Part shown: positions 55,899-64,000 of the stretch, piece by piece
Layout: the number at the start of each line of letters is the position of its first letter
Position numbering within the stretch: the first letter of the stretch is position 1
IMG/VR virus record: IMGVR_UViG_3300046170_000464
Location: 16,499-80,498 of that record
DNA: 64,000 bases
Strand: one strand, 5' to 3'
Source of the DNA: a virus
Notes under the pieces: generated by a model
Databases searched by the model: none
Told to the model about the DNA's origin: nothing
What the model saw: the letters and a program-made list of their open reading frames with translations, nothing else
Position numbers and translations under genes: made by a program

Positions 55899-57101
55899 TT
55901 AAAAGTCGAGTTCTGTTCGTAGAAAGCTTTCCGACGAAGAACCTTCCTCCATGATCGTTTCAATGTCGGAAGATACAGCAACACGTTCCCGAGCTTTGCC
56001 AAGAACTTGTTGTAAATGCCGAGCCCTGTACTTGTAAACGCTCGTTTGAACCTCAATCTCTTGTTCAATCGTTTGGAGATCATGAGTGGAGTCGCACTGG
56101 GAAAGGTTAGTTAAAAGGTCTTTGTACTTATTTGTAAGCGTCAAAGACATCTGAAGAGATTCGAGTCCTTTAGAAGAAGTTGCTTCTTGAACTAGAAACT
56201 GAGATTCCTCTCGTATCTCTTCACGAATTTGAGTGTACTGCTCAAAGGCGTTGACGCGTTCTACTCCTTTCGGAGCATCCCTCATTGTCTGACCGATCTT
56301 TATCAAAGAAGTGATCAGCCCGTGGATACCTTTCAACTGAGGTAAATGTTTCGCCGCGAGTTCGATTTCATCTTTTATTCTCTGCCACGATCCTCGTTTA
56401 GTGTCTCTTTTCAGAACGATGTCGCCAACCTTGTTAGCTGCTCTGGAGTCCAGGTCATCGAGTAACTCAGCAATAGTGCCAAGACTTCTGTCGAGAGCTC
56501 CGTCGCAAGCAGCTTTTAAAACTTGAGACGTATTTACAGTGGCTTCATTTTGAATCTGACTTGCAAGAGTTTGGGGGTCATCAATCTTTTGCATGGTCGC
56601 AGGGTATGGACCTACAACTGAGACGTTAATTGGAGCCGAGAACTCTGCTTCAGTCGGAAACATTTTGAGGTAAGCCTCGCGAACTAGGTCGAGCTCGTGC
56701 TTGTCCACAAAGAGTGGAGAGAAAAAGTTGTCGACAGTTCTCTTCCAGTTCGAATATTCTTCAGGCCAAGAATCTTTAAGAAGCAAGTTGCATTCTTTTA
56801 CCTTGTCTCTGATTTCTTTGATCCGCTCCATAGCTTCTTCAAAGTAATCAGGATGAAGAAAATGGATATCGCCATGGTTAATGGTGCACCGATCGTAAAG
56901 TTGTACCTGAAGCATTCTCACGTCACGAAGGTGATCCTTCAAAGCGTTAGAAAGCTTTGGTCGAATTGACAAAGCACTAGCTTGCTTGAGTGTGTCTATG
57001 ACACCGTCAGGTAATTTGTAGTCTTCAAAAGCAATCTGTACGCTCTGCCTCACGGATGATGAGACAGAGCAGTGAAGGATGTAAATCTCAGGATTGTTCA
57101 T
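55899..57101 (-). CDS. DUF3150-like coiled-coil protein
   Basis: 400 aa helical protein upstream of MoxR-vWA; family call from context and memory. Confidence 0.55.
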   Translation of the reverse strand: MNNPEIYILHCSVSSSVRQSVQIAFEDYKLPDGVIDTLKQASALSIRPKLSNALKDHLRDVRMLQVQLYDRCTINHGDIHFLHPDYFEEAMERIKEIRDKVKECNLLLKDSWPEEYSNWKRTVDNFFSPLFVDKHELDLVREAYLKMFPTEAEFSAPINVSVVGPYPATMQKIDDPQTLASQIQNEATVNTSQVLKAACDGALDRSLGTIAELLDDLDSRAANKVGDIVLKRDTKRGSWQRIKDEIELAAKHLPQLKGIHGLITSLIKIGQTMRDAPKGVERVNAFEQYTQIREEIREESQFLVQEATSSKGLESLQMSLTLTNKYKDLLTNLSQCDSTHDLQTIEQEIEVQTSVYKYRARHLQQVLGKARERVAVSSDIETIMEEGSSSESFLRTELDF

Positions 57102-57514
57102 TTAGATAAACGCTTGTAAGCGGTAGTCACCTTTTCTGTTACGAAGTCAAAGCCTTTGATCTTTAGCTTTTCGATCACAGACTTACGCTTAGCCTTCAAG
57201 AGCTTCAGCTCACGCTCTTGCTTTTCGATTCTGATGTCGAGTTTGGCAAGTTCGTCACAAGGAACTGGTAACCGGGTCACTCGCACGATTACTTGCGCAC
57301 CAATCTCGGGGAAACGAAAGAGCGAGTCTGGTCCTTGGAATTGATCTAGTTCAATCCCTTTGTGCTCAGCAATAGTAAGAGCTGTGTTGAGAGTGTCGCG
57401 AGCAGCTTCCCAGGGTGCTCCAAAAGATTCACCAACCTCCGCTAGAGCGTGGTCGCACTCACCCCATAAGCGAGCTGTAAGAAAGGCTTTGTCTTGCAGA
57501 GATTCGAGTTTCAT
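57098..57514 (-). CDS. Hypothetical protein, first gene of the MoxR operon
   Basis: MKLESLQ...; ATGA overlap with the next gene. Confidence 0.65.
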   Translation of the reverse strand: MKLESLQDKAFLTARLWGECDHALAEVGESFGAPWEAARDTLNTALTIAEHKGIELDQFQGPDSLFRFPEIGAQVIVRVTRLPVPCDELAKLDIRIEKQERELKLLKAKRKSVIEKLKIKGFDFVTEKVTTAYKRLSK

Positions 57515-57556
57515 GTTCTTAGAATGTGATGGTGTTGATGGGTTGTCACAGAGCTG

Positions 57557-57585
57557 ATGGTAAGGCATCTTCTACCCTGTGTCAA
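57557..57585 (-). promoter_or_regulatory. Sigma70-type promoter
   Basis: TTGACA-17 nt-TACCAT on the - strand, about 40 nt upstream of ATG 57514. Confidence 0.75.
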
Positions 57586-57729
57586 CTCTGTATCGAGTTT
57601 TACTTTCGTTTGGTGTCTTGCGGTAGTACAAACAGAAACACTTGTTATAAAACTTTTTCATGGGAATTGATTAATTTCAATGATTGTCGTTGTGTTGTAA
57701 ATGTATACAAAGTTTTAACATAAGTAGAT

Positions 57730-57760
57730 AAAAAAATAAAGCGCGAAATTGCGCTTTATT
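57730..57760 (-). terminator. Rho-independent terminator
   Basis: AATAAAGCGC...GCGCTTTATT stem with T-run on the - strand. Confidence 0.7.
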
Positions 57761-57766
57761 CCTGCT

Positions 57767-58012
57767 TCAAAATGGTAACTGAGGGACTTCTGAATCTGAT
57801 GATTCTTTTGGAAGGGGTAAGCCTTCGAAGTCTCCGTCGAAACCATCTACAGGTAGAGGAATCGGGATCAAACTCGTGACCATTTCGGTCAGTTCGAGTT
57901 TTGCATCAGCGATGATGCTAGGCAACTTCATGTAAAGAACTAAAGCACCTGTTGTTAGTCCCGCTGAGAGCAAGAACCCGAGAACACCGAGCAGATTAAT
58001 TAACTTGGTCAA
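57767..58012 (-). CDS. Cyanophage membrane protein
   Basis: N-terminal TM, Pro-rich tail ending LPF. Confidence 0.65.
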   Translation of the reverse strand: MTKLINLLGVLGFLLSAGLTTGALVLYMKLPSIIADAKLELTEMVTSLIPIPLPVDGFDGDFEGLPLPKESSDSEVPQLPF

Positions 58013-58182
58013 GATAGTCTTGCTCCTTGCTATAAGGTTTAGTTGAATAATAATCAGCTAAATCATAAACATAAGGAATCAGCCAAGTTGGCGGCCAACA
58101 GCTTTCCCAGTTAACTGGTTGTAAGCAGCCGACCACCACTACTCGATAAAAGGACCAGCTGTAGCTGGCCCATTTTCGTGCT

Positions 58183-58542
58183 TCAGAACTTAATCTTTGC
58201 GCCCAATTTCGAGCCCCATGAAAAGTCGTCGCCGGTCACTCCGCTGAGCTCACCGTACAAAGACAGATTCTCTTCAGCGTCGATAGCGATTGAACCCCCC
58301 AGCTTCCCAGCCAGTTCAACGTCGCTGTCCGTTCCCTCGGGGAGAATCAAGGCAGGTCCTCCCTGGACAAACCAGGAATAACCATCACCGCCATCTTCAT
58401 ATCCGATGTCGAGCGTAACAGCGCCGCCCAAATAATCGTCGCCTACAGTCGATCCATTGAATTCGGGGTTGAAATAGGGACCTGCGATAGCGCTAGTGCC
58501 AAGACCCAGAAGGGCGAAAGTAGCCAAAAATGATTTGATCAT
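58183..58542 (-). CDS. Small outer-membrane beta-barrel (porin-like) protein
   Basis: Signal peptide, AGPY, IGYE, VQGGP, LYGELS, terminal KLGAKIKF (C-terminal Phe). Confidence 0.8.
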   Translation of the reverse strand: MIKSFLATFALLGLGTSAIAGPYFNPEFNGSTVGDDYLGGAVTLDIGYEDGGDGYSWFVQGGPALILPEGTDSDVELAGKLGGSIAIDAEENLSLYGELSGVTGDDFSWGSKLGAKIKF

Positions 58543-58566
58543 GATTGAGATAAAACCAAATAAACT

Positions 58567-58929
58567 TTAGTCGTTGTGCCAATTAGGTGTATTTACTTGT
58601 GCCAGTTCTGGAGCGTGGTCACCTGAGTGGATAGCCCAGGGGGAGAATCGAGCCCACAGTCTTCTACCGTCATCGGTTAAATAGATTTGAGTTGTCCTTG
58701 TATCCACTGGGTCCGGAACTTGCTGAACCATGTTGGTCTTGATAAGTTTGCGGACTGACCTAGCCAAAGTCGTCTCTGGGTCATCCCTCAATGCTGGGTA
58801 CTGCTTCAGGCTGCTCCTTAAAAGAGGAAGAGGGTGAGACTCAGCAATGACCAAGAAAACTTGAAATGCATGGAGACTTGTGACGTTTGTTTGTCTTGCA
58901 AAACTATCAAGCAGACGAGATAAAGTCAT
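58567..58929 (-). CDS. MarR-like winged-HTH protein
   Basis: TLARSVRKL....V....DPVDTR...IYLTDDGR. Confidence 0.8.
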   Translation of the reverse strand: MTLSRLLDSFARQTNVTSLHAFQVFLVIAESHPLPLLRSSLKQYPALRDDPETTLARSVRKLIKTNMVQQVPDPVDTRTTQIYLTDDGRRLWARFSPWAIHSGDHAPELAQVNTPNWHND

Positions 58930-59135
58930 TTTGAAAACACATGCAAGGGAACACAATAGTAGGCGTCACCAACGACAGTTGTTATTGAAATAAGTCTCCG
59001 TGGATGGACCATGTCACATACCTCTTTCTCCGCTCTGTTGAGTTGAACTTGCATCCCTCTCGTTAGAAGCATTCCGACACCCGAGCTGCAGCAGACAATT
59101 AGCAAAGTGGAAATAATTGTGTTGATTTTAGACAT
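58926..59135 (-). CDS. Small membrane protein
   Basis: N-terminal TM; C...VGDAYYC. Confidence 0.55.
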   Translation of the reverse strand: MSKINTIISTLLIVCCSSGVGMLLTRGMQVQLNRAEKEVCDMVHPRRLISITTVVGDAYYCVPLHVFSK

Positions 59136-59362
59136 TGTGTAACACGAGGAACTACAGGAGTTAAGTAGTAAAGATTAGAGTAACAACAGTTACAAAAACA
59201 AAAGCCATGGAAACTGCATTGGTTACCCATCTCGATAAGAAACGCTCTGCACAGAAGCGTGAGCAGAACAAGATGCGGATGGAAAGGAGCCTCGATAAAA
59301 CAGAGGGACGCAACGTCCTTGTTTACCGGGGTGTGCCTTACGTACGGGCTCAAGCCAAATAG

Positions 59363-59590
59363 TCAGCTTTCGATTGTTCGCGAAAGATCACTAGCTTCAA
59401 TCAGCCTTTTCAAGACGAGCAAACCCTTCACTGTTATTGGCTCGAGTTCACGTTCAAGATCCAGCTTCAGGCGTATATCGTCCTTGAGCTGGGTCTTTTC
59501 GTGTGAGCTGATGGAATCGAGAATGAATAAAATTGCTTCGCTGTAGATTTCTTCTGTGTTAGCCATCGATTGAGGTTGCAGGGTGTTCAT
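59363..59590 (-). CDS. Hypothetical protein
   Basis: Early-region small ORF. Confidence 0.5.
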   Translation of the reverse strand: MNTLQPQSMANTEEIYSEAILFILDSISSHEKTQLKDDIRLKLDLERELEPITVKGLLVLKRLIEASDLSRTIES

Positions 59591-59954
59591 GAGTTAATCG
59601 TTTGAATTTGAATGCCTGTGGGGACTGTGAGATCTCAGCCCACGCAAAAGAAAAACTTTTATCGGGATGGACCTTCTTCCAGTACCACTTGCCTTTGAGT
59701 TGTACAATCTCAGCTGTACCGTTGAACTCTTTCAACAGCGCATTTATCCGAGACTTTGTTGTAACGGTGAGAAATCCATGATGGTTGACTTCAAGTTCTT
59801 CATCAGTAATCTTGCAGATACATTTTGAGTACAAATAAACGTTCACACGCTTTGTAACTCCAGGAAAGTCGATAATCTCAACGCGAGTGTTCCTCACTTT
59901 GAGATTTTGCTGCGATTTGCAAGCTTTCAACATGTTTTCTTCGATCTTTCGCAT
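59559..59954 (-). CDS. Conserved phage hypothetical protein
   Basis: MRKIE..M......NT.V....VYL....I......T.TTKSR.NALL. Confidence 0.7.
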   Translation of the reverse strand: MRKIEENMLKACKSQQNLKVRNTRVEIIDFPGVTKRVNVYLYSKCICKITDEELEVNHHGFLTVTTKSRINALLKEFNGTAEIVQLKGKWYWKKVHPDKSFSFAWAEISQSPQAFKFKRLTHEHPATSIDG

Positions 59955-60129
59955 AGCTTGTGATTGGTCTAGCAAGGTAGTAATAAGCAAGTGGATTTAG
60001 TGTCTGTAGTTCCTTGACCTTGTCATAAGCCGCAGACCACGTTTCACATTCTTCCACCAATAAACCTCTAGCCCCCGTGGATGCATCACGCATCTTGATA
60101 AAACAACATGTCATCGAAAGTAAACCATT

Positions 60130-60171
60130 AAAAAAGTGCTTACCCTAAGCATTGTTGCTTAGAATGAGCAC
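60130..60171 (-). terminator. Terminator-like hairpin
   Basis: GTGCT..TAAGCA/TGCTTA..AGCAC stem with T-run on the - strand. Confidence 0.55.
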
Positions 60172-60564
60172 AGTGTCAAACTATAAGTCAGGATTCAATG
60201 ATTTCAGGTTGATCGTTAGCTCCTAAACGAAGCTCAGTAGCTCCAGATAGCACGCCATCTTTGGAGACCATTACCTCTTTCTTCTGTTGTTCATCACTCA
60301 AGTTGCGAATGATGTCTAACGCAAGTTGTTCGAAGGTGTACATCGATTTAAGTACTAATCATTCTAATTTTAGGGGCAAGGTTCAAAATCATTTGGTATA
60401 CAAGCATAGATTAAGTTGTGTTCAGTTTCTGCTCTGAACTTAACCAGTGCATCCATAGAATCTTCAGCCGTCACAACTGTTTTAGTCAAGTCGTTGTTGA
60501 CGTCTCGGTAACGAATCAAGTAAGTACTGGTCGTCACATCTCTCCTGTGGTGGGTGTTTTGAAT

Positions 60565-60765
60565 TCAAGCATTGATCTGAAAATAGGGGTGATCAGTTTC
60601 TAATACCTGGTTACTACCTGACGCAAACACAAACCGATCAATCGGCAGGTACTCGTCAGTTTCAGCACAATAAACAGTAGGGATACAATCCAACTGTTCT
60701 TTGTCTAAAACCTCAAGAATCTTCATCAATTGGTAATAACTCGGAGTATTGCCACGTTCAGACAT
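60565..60765 (-). CDS. Hypothetical protein
   Basis: Y.QL...L..L..EQL....TVY....DEY.P...DHPY. Confidence 0.65.
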   Translation of the reverse strand: MSERGNTPSYYQLMKILEVLDKEQLDCIPTVYCAETDEYLPIDRFVFASGSNQVLETDHPYFQINA

Positions 60766-60796
60766 GTTCTACCAGCTTTGATTTAATCATAATTGG

Positions 60797-60985
60797 TTAA
60801 GGTTTCGGAGGTCCGTGGTGGTTAGTACAGTTCTTCCTTGCTAAGGCGGACTGGTCGCGTCGATACTTGCGCCAGAAAGCTTTCTCAAGGGCTGTGAGTT
60901 TAGGCTGTGGCTTTGAAAGTTGTTCAAGGGCTTTGTCCTTAGCGGCTGCGATGTTGTTTTCAGGGTTTGTATACCAGTGGTTCAT
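60797..60985 (-). CDS. Hypothetical protein
   Basis: ATGA-coupled small ORF. Confidence 0.55.
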   Translation of the reverse strand: MNHWYTNPENNIAAAKDKALEQLSKPQPKLTALEKAFWRKYRRDQSALARKNCTNHHGPPKP

Positions 60986-61185
60986 ACTCTTAAGCTCGGT
61001 AACTCGTCAGGCATCTTGCCCGTGAGCTTAGGGTCGAACACGTGACAAAGAAGGGATCGAATCAGTTTGTTTCTGATCTCATAATGTTCTGGATCGGTTT
61101 GTTGTTCATAGCAGTTGTTCCCTTGAAGTGAGTCCAGCAAAACCCACAGTTCTGCTTTGGTCAGTCCTAAGCACTTGGTTTTCAT
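60982..61185 (-). CDS. Hypothetical protein
   Basis: Small early ORF. Confidence 0.55.
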   Translation of the reverse strand: MKTKCLGLTKAELWVLLDSLQGNNCYEQQTDPEHYEIRNKLIRSLLCHVFDPKLTGKMPDELPSLRV

Positions 61186-61209
61186 GGCGATGATGATAGG
61201 GGAATTCCC

Positions 61210-61908
61210 TCAGTTGGTTACATACTTGGCACCGGAGCCATGAGCCTCAACAAAGATGTCGGTCTTAGCTCCGTCGCACAGTGAGCAGGTGATGCACTGC
61301 GCCTTACTATTAGCAGCAGTCGCGGGACACAGCTTGCCACTGAAGGACTGTTCACCCTTTGCCACAACAGCAAACGTCTTCCACCCGTGAGCACTGGCGT
61401 CTAGGTAGTCAGCGAACGAATCACATGAAGCTTGGAACACTCCTTTGCACCACTGTGCCCATGGTTGTCTCCACTGGTGTGTGTAACCCGTGTGACCTGC
61501 AGCGTGCTCATTCAGCAGTGTGATCAGTGACGGTGAAATCATTGCTGGATCACCGTAAGCCCCGTAGCGTATCTTTCGACCCTGAATGTCAGAAGGATTT
61601 AGATCAGATAACTTGCCATAGATACCACGCTTATATGATTTCCAAACTGCATTTGGGGCTTGCCCGACATTCACGTAGCAAGACCTTGAACCATCTGATT
61701 GTTTACGGTGTGGACAATCACCGCAGACAGTATCATCCATCCCGAGGTTAACTGCATCAACTGGATTTATATTCTCGTGGAGTATCCATAGTTGACACAT
61801 ATCTCCTGTCTTAGTGTTACTTGAACCCATGGTCATTATCACCACGAAGGGTGAACCATTGACTGGAGATGTTCCGTGTTGGAGAACGTAGCCTTTGAAC
61901 TTAGTCAT
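61210..61908 (-). CDS. gp88-like Fe-S / radical-SAM-like phage protein
   Basis: N.KTG.M.Q, CGDCPHR...CYV, R.GAYGDP, TGYTHQW, CPA...C..C.LC. Confidence 0.7.
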   Translation of the reverse strand: MTKFKGYVLQHGTSPVNGSPFVVIMTMGSSNTKTGDMCQLWILHENINPVDAVNLGMDDTVCGDCPHRKQSDGSRSCYVNVGQAPNAVWKSYKRGIYGKLSDLNPSDIQGRKIRYGAYGDPAMISPSLITLLNEHAAGHTGYTHQWRQPWAQWCKGVFQASCDSFADYLDASAHGWKTFAVVAKGEQSFSGKLCPATAANSKAQCITCSLCDGAKTDIFVEAHGSGAKYVTN

Positions 61909-62070
61909 CTGAATAATTGATTGATGTTGTTTGTGTAAAAGTTTGAGGATCGTTAAAGTCGATGTTCTCGCATAGTCCTACATACTGTCGGAATGCATCA
62001 TCGTCACCACCCTCACGCCATGTGATCCTGTCGTAGATAACAGTTCTGGTGATTGTGATTCTTGAAATGT

Positions 62071-62283
62071 TCATAGCATCCGAGCCTTTCTACGCTCATC
62101 ATGCTCGTCCCAATATTGTTGCGCCGTGGGGTTAGGAACGAGGCTGATGATTTGTTCATCCTGCCTAGCCATTGCTGACCATTTGTTAGCAGCCTGTGTC
62201 AAATCTTTTGCATAGATGCACATACTATCGCGAGTGTATTCTGTACCACTCCATGTATGATATAGAGCCATGAAACGTTTCAT
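62071..62283 (-). CDS. Hypothetical protein
   Basis: MKRFMALYH...; AGAGGTG RBS-like; ATGA overlap. Confidence 0.55.
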   Translation of the reverse strand: MKRFMALYHTWSGTEYTRDSMCIYAKDLTQAANKWSAMARQDEQIISLVPNPTAQQYWDEHDERRKARML

Positions 62284-62576
62284 ACTGTCACCTCTTGAGG
62301 TTGATGATGTCTGTGCCACCAGTCTGTAACGTGCTTGCGTACGTGACATTGACACTCACAAAATGTATCAAAGGCTCGCTTATTCAAAGGATGATCAATG
62401 TCCATGTAGTCCCACGACATGTAAAACATACCGCTGTATCTACACTTAACGATCTTCCCCACGCGTTCATCACCCTCACCGATCGGATCACATAGATACA
62501 CATACTTGTGTGCACTGTGTTTGTGATAACTAGCAGGCTCGATAAACTCAACGTCGATTGTTAATGGGAGTGACAT
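62280..62576 (-). CDS. Hypothetical protein
   Basis: Early-region ORF. Confidence 0.55.
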   Translation of the reverse strand: MSLPLTIDVEFIEPASYHKHSAHKYVYLCDPIGEGDERVGKIVKCRYSGMFYMSWDYMDIDHPLNKRAFDTFCECQCHVRKHVTDWWHRHHQPQEVTV

Positions 62577-62578
62577 GG

Positions 62579-62842
62579 TTAGAAAGAAGTAGGGAAGTAA
62601 GTTTGTAAGTAAGCGATATCACTATGAGTTAAACACTTGGAAGCTGAGTGATAAATAGTCACTCCACCTGAACAATGAGTGAACGAATCACTGTAGATAG
62701 CAGGCCACTGTTCACTGTTAACTTGAACATGTACGTCCACAGTTTCGATGTCAGTTGCAACGTGGACGTTTATACAACGCCCTGAAGGTAAGCGAACGTA
62801 GTGTTTAGAACCACGAGGAAGATCAAAGATAGATAGTTTCAT
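62579..62842 (-). CDS. Hypothetical protein
   Basis: Early-region ORF. Confidence 0.5.
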   Translation of the reverse strand: MKLSIFDLPRGSKHYVRLPSGRCINVHVATDIETVDVHVQVNSEQWPAIYSDSFTHCSGGVTIYHSASKCLTHSDIAYLQTYFPTSF

Positions 62843-62844
62843 GA

Positions 62845-63204
62845 TCAATTCCAGTAGTTACCTAACTCAAACTCTGCACGGTAGCTGTCAGTTAGTTGCT
62901 CAGATACCCACAGACGAAGTGATCTAGGGAACGTGTTGCGTATTGACTGAGTCATACTGCACTGAGTCAATAAGTAATCCTTAGCTGCAGGCATTACTAG
63001 ATTTCGTTCGACATAGTTGATGGCTCGCTCATAGTCGAACTCACCTCGTTTGTGAAACTTAGAGAGACATTTACCAACGACGTTGGCATGTTCACCTGAA
63101 AAGTTGCGAGCATGAAGTTCTAGTTCAGTCGCTGCGTGGCAATCAAAATCAGTCATGAAATCACCTGTAAGTTGATGTAAAAGGTCATGATCATAAATGA
63201 TCAC
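62845..63204 (-). CDS. Conserved phage hypothetical protein
   Basis: A.EL.L.A.N......L.K..KRG.FD.E.A.......AAK.Y......FP...R. Confidence 0.65.
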   Translation of the reverse strand: MIIYDHDLLHQLTGDFMTDFDCHAATELELHARNFSGEHANVVGKCLSKFHKRGEFDYERAINYVERNLVMPAAKDYLLTQCSMTQSIRNTFPRSLRLWVSEQLTDSYRAEFELGNYWN

Positions 63205-64000
63205 GATTCAAATGATGTAGGTTGACCTATTACTAACGTATGCAGAATCTGCACTTGGTAGTGAATAAGTCAACCAAAGTGAATGAAACTAAAAAGTGTA
63301 CATAGAGCACACACAATGTGATACAAAGTATTCAGTTGTTGTGAAAACTATTCAGTTTTAAATGGTGGGGGTACCACATGTCTGCCTGTGTGTTGATACA
63401 TACAAGCCAGCATGGATACAAAGTTTTAGATGACCGGCCGGTTTCGCTTTACCCTAACCAGTGTCCACGGGATCCCGCCCGACGTGTGACACTGCGGCAG
63501 TGAGCTGTCCGCTTCTTCAGTCGATTATTAAGTTGTCTAGGTTCTGGCTAAGGTTCAACGTTTGTCGTTGTTCCGTCGCTTGTTATCAAGTGTCGCAGAT
63601 GCTGCCAGAAATGGCAAGATCTTGAGACGGTTCGGTGATTGGTCCAAGGGGACAAACTACCTGGCGATCCGAAAGGGGAAGAAGCGAAGTCCTAAGCCCT
63701 GTTCGTGTCGTTGAGATAACAATACATCCCACCAGTGCCATCGACCGCTGACTGTGTGCCGCTTGTTCGATTGTCATACTGTGTGCGGTCTGTGCTCTCA
63801 GTAGTAAAGGAAACGCGCGCGCGATTAAATCATACGACCCACCCCCCGTGGGTTCACTTGTTACAAACTGAAACAATGATAGGAAGGGGGCGACCCACCA
63901 AGTCATCATGATCCTTCATATGTATACCCACAATGTGTAATTATCTCGACCCCGCAATCGGCCTTTTTTTACATATAAAACATACTCGACGGGGCGGGCG

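Noticed and set aside
57690-57712. NtcA box
   Set aside because: GTA and TAC are separated by 6 nt, not the required 8.
63586-63909. 107-aa ORF on the - strand
   Set aside because: No recognisable motifs or typical composition; probably spurious in a regulatory region.
1-64000. tRNA, rRNA or tmRNA genes
   Set aside because: No cloverleaf with a T-loop GTTCRA in proper context was recognised by eye. tRNAscan would be needed to exclude them fully.

Overview
The whole window is a 64-kb slice of a tailed dsDNA cyanophage genome. Evidence for a cyanobacterial host: two NblA-like genes, a cyanobacterial-type small porin, ThyX, 2OG-Fe(II) oxygenases and several cyanophage-type hypothetical proteins. 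From memory, the gene content resembles the S-EIV1-like lineage, but this is unverified. Layout: (i) 1-19 kb, mostly + strand: glycosyltransferase(s), portal, overlapping scaffold-like gene, major capsid, accessory capsid/tail and internal virion proteins including a lytic transglycosylase; (ii) 19-22.5 kb, - strand: regulatory block; (iii) 23-31 kb, + strand: fibre module, followed by an AT-rich island of 2OG-Fe(II) oxygenases and an HNH gene; (iv) 33-40 kb: membrane/lysis, small basic proteins, C39-like peptidase and thyX; (v) 40-57 kb, - strand: primase-helicase, exonuclease, SSB, family A DNA polymerase and a MoxR-vWA operon; (vi) 57-63 kb: small early-type genes, then a non-coding end. 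I found no terminase, integrase, tRNA or CRISPR array. The strongest unexplained signal is a Ser-Gly dipeptide enriched across unrelated outer virion proteins. It is invariant in all 29 repeats of one fibre and absent from the major capsid protein. Together with a phage-encoded GT17-like glycosyltransferase, this suggests a sequon-directed virion glycosylation system (hypothesis). Other findings: a 494-nt dual-coding portal/scaffold overlap, several catalytically degenerate enzymes, shared short protein motifs and two candidate structured RNAs. Eight genes-internal +1 single-base frameshifts are most likely sequencing errors. All family assignments come from visual motif recognition; no database searches were run.
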